A stretch of 59,300 nucleotides of DNA, filler included. It is 7 parts of 7 records of this genome, joined end to end, with 100 filler letters (N's around TTAATTAATTAA, not from the genome) between each part and the next. Parts side by side here need not be neighbours in the genome. Positions count along the whole stretch, not along the records: positions 42,042 to 59,300 come from SRR31147125_21404; 6 more parts are not named here. The stretch is one strand, 5' to 3'. A program made the translations under genes and the position numbers. The notes beneath the pieces are model-generated. The model was given only the letters and a program-made list of their open reading frames with translations. It did no database searches and was not told the origin of the DNA. Below are positions 49,088-57,454 of the stretch, in pieces. Each line of letters begins with the position of its first letter. Within the stretch, counting starts at the first letter, position 1.

Positions 49088-49454
49088 TCATTCGCCTTTC
49101 AACTTTTTTATATGAGAACTTTTTATTACTCTAAATTTTTTACGCTGTTGATTAAGACATTCCCCTATTTCACGCTGAATGTTATATTTTTATCTAATAA
49201 TTTTTGATCAGAGGACCGACTTGTAGGAAGGACAATTGGATGATAATAATTTACTTTTAATAGGTGATTATGGCCAACCATCTCTTTCTGTAAAAAATTA
49301 CATCATAAATAAAAATATAAAACCTGTTGGACCGATCTTTTTGTTTTGTTCATTTACATTCTTGAAATGAAAACGTATCGTGATGCTGCTCATGCAGGAA
49401 ACTATTTTAAAAATAAAGACAAAAGACGTTTTTTCGTGCAGGACAATGGGTCAT

Positions 49455-50540
49455 TTAAGATGATATGGATCTGCAGGATCCTCTTATGATGAGCTCCGGA
49501 TCAAGCATGAATTGCTTATTCGATAATTTATTATCCTTTTTCTCTATTTTTTCAATAAGGTGCGTTGCGGCTTCCCGTCCCATTCGTGCCAATGGTTCTT
49601 TCACCGTCGTCAACGCTGGCCGCGAGTAAGGTGCTAACAGAACATCACCAAATCCGATCACAGATATATCACCTGGGACGGATAAACCCTTGTTCGATAA
49701 CATATTGATCACGTTTATCGCTACCGGATCATACAAAACAATTAGCGCAGTAGGTCGTTCGGGTAATTGAAGAATTTGGTCAACTGTTTTTTCATCATCA
49801 TCAGGGTGAATCAGACCATGAAAAATTTGATCATTTTTTAATTCCAATCCATGACTTTTCATTGTTGCAGAGATACTCTTCAAACGCTCCTGACTGCTCC
49901 AGGATTCCTTTCCCCTGGCAATAACAGCAATCCGCCGATGCCCCAGTGACAACAAATATTCCGTTGCCTCCCTGGCACCAAGCTCGTTGTTGACGCTTAT
50001 GGTTGGCCCACTGACACCAGTTGCCGGTCGCCAAAGGAATACATAGGCCATCTCTCGCTCCATAAGCTCCGTGGCCTTGTTTACCATCCTGGGATCAGGA
50101 TAATCACTCGTGAAAAGCATAATTCCATCCACGTGACGATCAACAATGAGATGCGTATAGGATTCAGATAAACGAGGATCCGATATAACATCTTCATTAA
50201 AAATCATAAGGTTATAACTTCGTTGCTGCGCCACTTCTGCTATTCCCTTCATCACACCAAAAGAATAAGCACTATCAAATAATTCCAAAGGTTTTTGAGT
50301 AATAATTCCAAGAGTAAAAGAACGATCCATAGAAAAAGCTCGGGCAAGTCTATTGGGTGCATAGTTGAGCTCTTGTGCCGCATCGATAACACGCTTTCGG
50401 GTCTCTTCACTGATTTTAATCGGGCTGCGACGATTATTCAACACAATGGATACCGTCGCTTTGCTAACCCCTGCCTTTTGAGCAATGTCAACAAGTGTTG
50501 GAGATCGAAATTGTTTCTGTTTATCACTTGAACTATTCAT
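49455..50540 (-). CDS. LacI family transcriptional regulator
   Basis: HTH TLVDIAQKAGVSKATVSIVLN, LNYAPNRLAR, LGHRRIA, VPGDISVIGFGD, PALTTV. Confidence 0.96.
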   Translation of the reverse strand: MNSSSDKQKQFRSPTLVDIAQKAGVSKATVSIVLNNRRSPIKISEETRKRVIDAAQELNYAPNRLARAFSMDRSFTLGIITQKPLELFDSAYSFGVMKGIAEVAQQRSYNLMIFNEDVISDPRLSESYTHLIVDRHVDGIMLFTSDYPDPRMVNKATELMEREMAYVFLWRPATGVSGPTISVNNELGAREATEYLLSLGHRRIAVIARGKESWSSQERLKSISATMKSHGLELKNDQIFHGLIHPDDDEKTVDQILQLPERPTALIVLYDPVAINVINMLSNKGLSVPGDISVIGFGDVLLAPYSRPALTTVKEPLARMGREAATHLIEKIEKKDNKLSNKQFMLDPELIIRGSCRSISS

Positions 50541-50669
50541 GATTTTATTATTTACCTTTTAATAAAATAAAAAATCTTCTTTTATCAAAAAAACAAAAGA
50601 TCGTATTTCATTCCTGTAAAAAGTCGAATTTTCCAATTTCTCCAACAAACGTAAAATTTATTTCAGGAA

Positions 50670-50685
50670 AACCTAACCCAGTTTA
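50670..50685 (-). promoter_or_regulatory. putative LacI-family operator 1 (lacI promoter; -35 TTGACA at 50717-50712)
   Basis: Minus strand TAAACTGGGTTAGGTT, an inverted copy of the site at 50929-50944. Confidence 0.55.
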
Positions 50686-50928
50686 ATTAAATAAATCATT
50701 TATTCCTAAAATGTCAAGCTAAAAGTACTGGTTTTCAAAAAACTTACAAACACACGGAGAGCTTTCCATTTTTATACTGAATAGAATTAAATCCCACTTA
50801 GTCTATATAAATAAATAAAATACCACTCTATTAAAATAGGGTCCCATAGTACGTTTCATAACCAATAATTACTTTTATGAGCAAACATCTTTTTTTCTTG
50901 ATTATTAGTGTAAAATTTGGTTAGTTGG

Positions 50929-50944
50929 TAAATCAAGTTAGGTT
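50929..50944 (+). promoter_or_regulatory. putative LacI-family operator 2 (gfo promoter; -35 TTGATT at 50898)
   Basis: TAAATCAAGTTAGGTT, 12/16 identical to operator 1 and at nearly the same distance from a TTGA -35 box. Confidence 0.55.
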
Positions 50945-51081
50945 AACTGTTACTTTCTTTTGGATCATTAGTACAGTTCTCTCCATCTTACCACCCGATT
51001 TTAATAATACGTTATTTATAAGAAATGTCATATATTCGACTTTTATAATACGAATCATTCAATCGCAATTAGGAGAATTTA

Positions 51082-52431
51082 ATGCAGCTACACAACATTT
51101 CCCGTCGTAATTTCGTGAAAAATTCTGCGATTATAAGTGCCGGTACTTTTGCAGCAAGCTTAACTCCAGGTTCTGTTAAAAAAGTACTAGGTGCCAATAA
51201 TCGTCTTTCTATTGGTGTCATTGGTTGTTCAGCACGGGCACGTAGCAGATTAATTAAACAGGTAATGAGTCTATCCAAAGAATTAAACGTAGAAATAACA
51301 GCGGTCTGTGATCTCTGGAGTGTTAATCGTGATAAAGGTGTGAAATTAGTGACCGAATTGGGTGGTAAAAAACCCCGCTCTTTTCAATACTATGGCGACA
51401 TGCTGGCTCTTAAAGATCTGGATGGGGTTATTGTTGCCACTGGTGATTTCCAACATTCACTGATCCTCAAGCAGGTTGTAGAAGCAGGCAAAGACTGTTA
51501 TTGTGAAAAACCCATGGCATCCCACTTGAAAAACGCCAAAGCCGCTTATAAAGCTGTCAAACTATCTGACAGAATTGTACAAATAGGAACGCAAGGATTG
51601 AGCAGACCTGATACACATGGCCTTAGAAAAGCCATAAGTTCCGGACTACTTGGAAAGATCAGTGCCGTAGATGTTAGGGAAGGCCTCTGGGCTCCTCGCT
51701 GGCGCTATAGAGGTGAACCGGCACAAATAAAAGAGAACGAAACAGATTGGAAAGCATGGTTATTAGATCGCCCTTTTCGCCCATTCGACCCCAACCTGTA
51801 TTTTGGTTACCGAATTTACCGGGGTTTTTCCACAGGTATTGCCGGTCAATGGATGTCCCACATAGTATCGGAATTAACATGGGCACTGGGTGTAACTTTT
51901 CCCAAAAGTGTTATATGCAAAGATAATAATTACGTCTGGAAGGATGGACGTGAATTTGGCGATACCTTTAATGCATTAATCTCCTACCCTGAAGAATTTG
52001 TTTTTAACTATCAATGTACCTTTGGCAATAAATATCCAAATCATCGACGTATTTATGGCATGAACGGCACCATTGAAACAGCTCCAGGTGGATATAAAGT
52101 GAGTGGCATTGGCGGCGGAGATGAAGCAAACGAAAAAAATATCGCCAGAGAAAATCGAAGTAAAAACAAGGGTGAAGGATACCGCTGTAACCCGAATAAA
52201 ATAAAAGACGAATTTATGGTAGATACCACTGGTGGAACTCCTGGGAATGAAGGTCACATGCGAAACTGGCTGGAATGCATGCGCAGCCATAAAGAGCCAA
52301 ATGCTTCTGTGTTAACAGGTTACGCACATTCCGTAACAGCTATTATGTGCGTCAAATCTGATGAATCAGGTAAAGAAGTTTATTGGGATGCGGATAAACA
52401 GGAAATTGTGGATTCCCCACCTACAGCATAA
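51082..52431 (+). CDS. Tat-exported Gfo/Idh/MocA family oxidoreductase
   Basis: Tat motif SRRNFVK, GANNRLSIGVIG, DLDGVIVATGDFQH, CYCEKPMA, VQIGTQ, HMRNWLECMRS. Confidence 0.93.
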   Translation: MQLHNISRRNFVKNSAIISAGTFAASLTPGSVKKVLGANNRLSIGVIGCSARARSRLIKQVMSLSKELNVEITAVCDLWSVNRDKGVKLVTELGGKKPRSFQYYGDMLALKDLDGVIVATGDFQHSLILKQVVEAGKDCYCEKPMASHLKNAKAAYKAVKLSDRIVQIGTQGLSRPDTHGLRKAISSGLLGKISAVDVREGLWAPRWRYRGEPAQIKENETDWKAWLLDRPFRPFDPNLYFGYRIYRGFSTGIAGQWMSHIVSELTWALGVTFPKSVICKDNNYVWKDGREFGDTFNALISYPEEFVFNYQCTFGNKYPNHRRIYGMNGTIETAPGGYKVSGIGGGDEANEKNIARENRSKNKGEGYRCNPNKIKDEFMVDTTGGTPGNEGHMRNWLECMRSHKEPNASVLTGYAHSVTAIMCVKSDESGKEVYWDADKQEIVDSPPTA

Positions 52432-52477
52432 CTATATATTTTTTTTACAATAACAGTATTTTCCTAGGAGACATTTC

Positions 52478-53176
52478 ATGTGGTCGGTTGAGTGGTCAAA
52501 AAAAATAATGGTGTGGAGCAGAACGCTAATCTGTTTGGTGATAATAAGTGCTTGCCATATTTATGCACAAGAAATTGGACAGACTCATTTCGAGTCAAAT
52601 GTCTTTATAAAAAACTGGTTAATATGCGGACCTTTTCCTAATGAAAAGGGTCAGGACATTAACACCGATTTTTTAATAGAGCATGGTGGCGAGGCAACCA
52701 TCTCACCATCCATGGATCTTTTACACAAAAGTACATCAGTAAATAATGGAACAATAAAATGGCGCCCTATACAGACTGATAAATCCGGTAAATTAGATTT
52801 CACAAAACACCTGCGGCCTAATCAAAATAATGTGGCTTATGCTTTCTCCAATATAATATGCCCGAAAAAAACACTCGCGATCCTGAAATTGGGCAGGAAC
52901 GATCGTTTAAAAATTTGGTTAAATGGCAAGCCTTTAAATTATTATCCAAAGCCCGGATCACTTGGACCTGATTCAGAACAAATGATTGTGAATTTACAAG
53001 CGGGTAATAATTCTCTGCTCGCAAAAGTAGATAATATCGGTGGAGGGTGGCATTTATATGCGCGTTTTCTGGAACTGATTTCTTTAAATGATCAGCTTTA
53101 TGTTTCCTCCCCTTTTGTTAGTAATGTGCCGAAAAAATTTCTGACACAAAAGTCGCGGATTTATTCTCCATATTAG
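52478..53176 (+). CDS. N-terminal beta-sandwich module of the second GH38 (frameshifted at about 53135)
   Basis: Signal peptide, WLICGPFPN, NDRLKIWLNGK, AGNNSLLAKV; the -1 frame at the A run continues ISDTKVADLFSILAYN into 53224. Confidence 0.75.
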   Translation: MWSVEWSKKIMVWSRTLICLVIISACHIYAQEIGQTHFESNVFIKNWLICGPFPNEKGQDINTDFLIEHGGEATISPSMDLLHKSTSVNNGTIKWRPIQTDKSGKLDFTKHLRPNQNNVAYAFSNIICPKKTLAILKLGRNDRLKIWLNGKPLNYYPKPGSLGPDSEQMIVNLQAGNNSLLAKVDNIGGGWHLYARFLELISLNDQLYVSSPFVSNVPKKFLTQKSRIYSPY

Positions 53177-53223
53177 CTTATAATGCATCGGAATCTCATG
53201 TAGGTCCTGTAAAACTGCATATA

Positions 53224-56200
53224 TTGGGTAGACGTGGCCGCCAGGAAGGTTCCATAATTTGTAATTCTCTTGCTCCCATGCAAAAAACCATGATGACAGC
53301 AGAATCCATTGTCGATTTAACTAACGCAAAAGACAAATTGGAGGCCCAGGTTGTTGTATCTTTCGGGGACAGGAAAAAAGAATTCAAGATTAAAGAAAAA
53401 CGACTTTCCCCGCCAGAGGGCAAAGTTTACTTTATCCAGGGCTTTCATGTGGACCCTGTTTGGCGTGATAGCCAATCCGGCTATCAGGCTCTTTCTTTCT
53501 CAAATGTAGACCAATACTTACGTGCTGTGGAAGCAGACCCCGATTTTCATTTATGGCTGCATGAGCTCCCCTATCTCAAACCCTACTATGATGCCTATCC
53601 GAAAGATCGGGCCCTTATCAGGCAATTTGTCAAAAACGATCGAATCGAAACCGGCGGAAGTTATAACCAACCAAATGAAACAACGATTTCCGGTGAGTCC
53701 TTTATTCGCAACATCCTGTATGGTCGTCTTTTTCATGAAAATGTGTTAAAAGATTCCCCGCAAACATATCAACCATGGGATGTCTTTGGTCATATCCTTC
53801 AATTGCCACAAATTCTTGCCAAATCCGAATTCATAGGTACGACCTGGACACGTTCCAGCTATCGGGGCCCAAATGTTCGTGTGCCTGATGTGCCAGACCT
53901 GTACTGGGCCATGTCACCGGATGGCACAAAACTGTTAACTCGTAAGCTCGAATATGGTTATCATTTTGATGAGGGTGGCCAGGGATATGATTCAGACATA
54001 AAAATGCGCACATGTATGGCCAAGAACCTGTTCGAGCAACAACAACAAATACCAGGTATAAAATACGATCTTCGGCTTAACGCAATTGATGAAAAACCAC
54101 CCACGACCTGGTTTATTGGTAAATCTAATGAATTTAAATATTACATACCTGAAGTGAGTCTTGCTGCTGATGGCGCAGAACATTATTTTAAATCCGTTAT
54201 AGAACAGCAAAAAAAGGACAAGCTGGATATACCAGTTGTCTCACGAGATGTGTCGCAATATAATGAAGGATGTGAATTATCTCGCTTTGACTTAAAAATG
54301 GGTAATCGTCTGGCAGAAAACACAATAATAACGGCAGAAAAATTTTCAACCATCGCAAATGTTATGGGTGCGGACTATCCCGCTGGAAAATTAGATAAAG
54401 CATGGCGCCAGCTACTCTATGGTCAGCATCATGATGGTATAACCGGTTGTGGCGCAGACGTGCCTTATTTAAATTTAACCGCCGGTTACCATGAAGCCTT
54501 GCAATTTAGTGCCGAAGCGTTAAATTCCGCCCTTAATTTTATTGGAAATCGAATAAATACTCAGGGTGAAGAGAAAAACATTCCCCTAATCGTCTTTAAT
54601 TCCTTAAATTGGCAACGAGATGATATTGTACATAAAAAACTGTGCTTTGAACAGCCGGTTAAAGGCTTTAAAATAGTAGATGATAACGGCAACATTGTCA
54701 ACAGTGTCATCGACAAAATAACAGAAAAAGATGGTTTGATTCATGAAGCCATGGTCTCTTTTGTCGCACGCCAGGTCCCGTCCATTGGTTATCGAACATT
54801 TTTTGTTTCACCTGCAAAGACACGACCTGCGTCTGCCCGGCAAAATCATGTAAACACAACAAGCATTGAAAACGATTATTTTCGTATTACAGTTGATAAA
54901 AATCTAGGTGGTGGAATTTCCAGTCTTATTGATAAAAAATCCGGCAAGGAGTATATCAACACCGCGAATGAACATCCGGGTAATGAACTGATTTGTTTGG
55001 GAGAAGGTCCGGGCTTTGAACCCGCCTGGCGCTTTCTTACGAATGGTAAAAAATCCTTTTCCAAAGATAAATCATGTGACATAAAAATATTTTCAAATCC
55101 TGTTTACAAAAAAGTCATTGTTACCGGCGAAATGGATCGTATGAAGAACAGGATACAGGAAATCACACTGTACAACGATCTGCAACGCATCGATTTCAGA
55201 ACTTATCTTGTTGACTATAAAGGACTTGAAGGCAAAAACATTAAAGAGACAGACACACCGGAACGTAGTAATCAACGGGATTTTTATGTGATTGGTTTTC
55301 CAGCCAACCTTAAAGGCTCGGTTCCTGTCCTGGAAGATCGTTTTGCCACCAAAACCTACTATCACAGCAAAGACTACCTGAACTTTACAAGTGGGGGTGA
55401 AACCTGGACCTCAAACCATGCCATGAATTCATGCCAGCAATGGATAGATTATAGTTATTCTGTGCGCGCCCTTTTCGGTCCTGCCGGCACCATTGCTTTG
55501 GGCCCTGCCGAAATTCTCACAACCCATCAGCCCCAATGCCGCCAGGCAGGTTTTCGCTTGCAGGAAGCGCTCGTAAAAAGAGGTGTTCCGGCAACTCCAG
55601 GCTTTGACAATGTCAATCGTGATTATGACATTCAATACCGACGTTTTAGCTTTTCAATCGGCACTTTTAATAAAAACAGTTACAATAAAAAACTACTGGA
55701 TAGATTACCAAAATCCCAAAAAGCAAATTTTAAAAAACGACTCAAAGAAAATGGCTATGCTTATTTGTTTGTATTAGATTCACGTTTAAAGGAATCCTGG
55801 TTTGATTTACCGGTATTAATGATTGTTGGTGTGGACTCCAAAGCAACGGAACAAGCCGTCGATAAGCTGGTTGATCAATTAAACAGTGGCCATGATCTCC
55901 ATTTTCCGGCCACAGTGTATGCTGCAAATAAAAAAACAAATGCACCGGATTACGGTCTGGCCATTATTAATCGGGGAAATATGCCGGTGAGCATTGAAAA
56001 GGACGGCACCATGGTATTAGCATTAATGCATACTATACCCTGGCAAAGCCCTTTACTGCAGTGGACCCATGATTTCCCGGAAAGAAAGACGCACGTTTTT
56101 GATTATGCCCTTCTTCCGCATACAGGCAATTGGCAGGATGCACAATTGGTGCGTTGTGGTTTTGAATTCAATAATCCACTGGTAGTAACACAAGTGCAAC

Positions 56201-57324
56201 AACATTCGGGCGAATTGCCCTCCTCCTATTCTTTCTTTTCTACAAAAGGAAGCGAAGCCGTTATTACCGCACTGAAACCCAAATCAGCGGGCAATGAAGC
56301 ATTTACGTTTAAAAAAACAACCGATGCCTCTAACGGAGTTATATTACGATTGTATGAAACCAAAAGTCTGGATGGTCAGGTAACGGTTCAATCCAACTTG
56401 CCTGTAAAAAAAGTTCACTCTGTCAATATGATGGAACGTCAGGCAAAACCATTATCCCACGCCAACAACTCTGTTTCATTCAGTTTGGGTTCAAACTCGA
56501 TAGAAACATTACTTTTGGCATTAAAGTCAAATACACCGGTTGATAAAAAAACCAGTCAGGAAAAACCGACCGAAACCGTCTATGGACAATACTGGCAACA
56601 AAACGATAATGTTGCCCCTGTCGGTTATTTACCAGTCAACGTACGCATATCAGGCGAAAATTTAAAATATTCCCTGGACGTTCCCAATAAAACAGTTCAA
56701 GGCATAAAAGTGTATGTTTGCAATGATTATATTGATACTGCCGTGAGCGGTAAGGTAAAGATTGAAACGCCACCCGGAATACGTCCTGTTCCTCAAGAGT
56801 TTGATTACAACGTGGATGCAAACAGCGAACAGGTCTACTCTGTGGCTCTGGTTTCCGATGGCGGCGTAGTCACACCCGGATTTATTCGCGCATCCATCCA
56901 GCATGATAATCAGACTGTTTTTGATGTAATTGAATACGGTTTGCCAAATAAAACGTTTGGTCATGCGGAAGAACCAGGTAAAAAGGAAGAACGGTTAGAG
57001 TGGCAGGTTCAACGAAAAGGTGATGATATTGTTGTTGAATTGCATAATCCCTTTTCACAAACAATTGACGGAAAAATCACCATGATATCCCCTGTCGAAT
57101 CCTGGGGCTTGCCTGATGTTAACACGAGTGCACTGGCAGCAATTGAACCATGGCAAAAATCATTTTCTCTTCCTGCCAAAGGTAAAAGAACACTCAAATT
57201 CGTCCTCAGGAACCAGGATATTTTTCCTGACAAGGATATTTCACAGTGGGCTGTGGCAAAGTTGAGTTATTTTGGGTACGTTGAATACAAAAAAGCCATA
57301 GGTAACCTGGAGATTGTGGAATAA
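53224..57324 (+). CDS. GH38 alpha-mannosidase-like protein, main part
   Basis: FHVDPVW (HxD Zn ligands), GESFIRNILYG, PWDVFGH (nucleophile), QHHDGITG, ILRLYET; extra inserted and C-terminal domains. Confidence 0.9.
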   Translation: MGRRGRQEGSIICNSLAPMQKTMMTAESIVDLTNAKDKLEAQVVVSFGDRKKEFKIKEKRLSPPEGKVYFIQGFHVDPVWRDSQSGYQALSFSNVDQYLRAVEADPDFHLWLHELPYLKPYYDAYPKDRALIRQFVKNDRIETGGSYNQPNETTISGESFIRNILYGRLFHENVLKDSPQTYQPWDVFGHILQLPQILAKSEFIGTTWTRSSYRGPNVRVPDVPDLYWAMSPDGTKLLTRKLEYGYHFDEGGQGYDSDIKMRTCMAKNLFEQQQQIPGIKYDLRLNAIDEKPPTTWFIGKSNEFKYYIPEVSLAADGAEHYFKSVIEQQKKDKLDIPVVSRDVSQYNEGCELSRFDLKMGNRLAENTIITAEKFSTIANVMGADYPAGKLDKAWRQLLYGQHHDGITGCGADVPYLNLTAGYHEALQFSAEALNSALNFIGNRINTQGEEKNIPLIVFNSLNWQRDDIVHKKLCFEQPVKGFKIVDDNGNIVNSVIDKITEKDGLIHEAMVSFVARQVPSIGYRTFFVSPAKTRPASARQNHVNTTSIENDYFRITVDKNLGGGISSLIDKKSGKEYINTANEHPGNELICLGEGPGFEPAWRFLTNGKKSFSKDKSCDIKIFSNPVYKKVIVTGEMDRMKNRIQEITLYNDLQRIDFRTYLVDYKGLEGKNIKETDTPERSNQRDFYVIGFPANLKGSVPVLEDRFATKTYYHSKDYLNFTSGGETWTSNHAMNSCQQWIDYSYSVRALFGPAGTIALGPAEILTTHQPQCRQAGFRLQEALVKRGVPATPGFDNVNRDYDIQYRRFSFSIGTFNKNSYNKKLLDRLPKSQKANFKKRLKENGYAYLFVLDSRLKESWFDLPVLMIVGVDSKATEQAVDKLVDQLNSGHDLHFPATVYAANKKTNAPDYGLAIINRGNMPVSIEKDGTMVLALMHTIPWQSPLLQWTHDFPERKTHVFDYALLPHTGNWQDAQLVRCGFEFNNPLVVTQVQQHSGELPSSYSFFSTKGSEAVITALKPKSAGNEAFTFKKTTDASNGVILRLYETKSLDGQVTVQSNLPVKKVHSVNMMERQAKPLSHANNSVSFSLGSNSIETLLLALKSNTPVDKKTSQEKPTETVYGQYWQQNDNVAPVGYLPVNVRISGENLKYSLDVPNKTVQGIKVYVCNDYIDTAVSGKVKIETPPGIRPVPQEFDYNVDANSEQVYSVALVSDGGVVTPGFIRASIQHDNQTVFDVIEYGLPNKTFGHAEEPGKKEERLEWQVQRKGDDIVVELHNPFSQTIDGKITMISPVESWGLPDVNTSALAAIEPWQKSFSLPAKGKRTLKFVLRNQDIFPDKDISQWAVAKLSYFGYVEYKKAIGNLEIVE

Positions 57325-57454
57325 ATAATGTTATTATGTAAAAATGGAAACCTTGGATTGTCGTCTGAACAAGAATAAAACACATTATATAAAAAGATCC
57401 TGACAGTTTGTTATGTCAATAGGTCACGAATCCTCATTTTAAGGAGCACAGACA

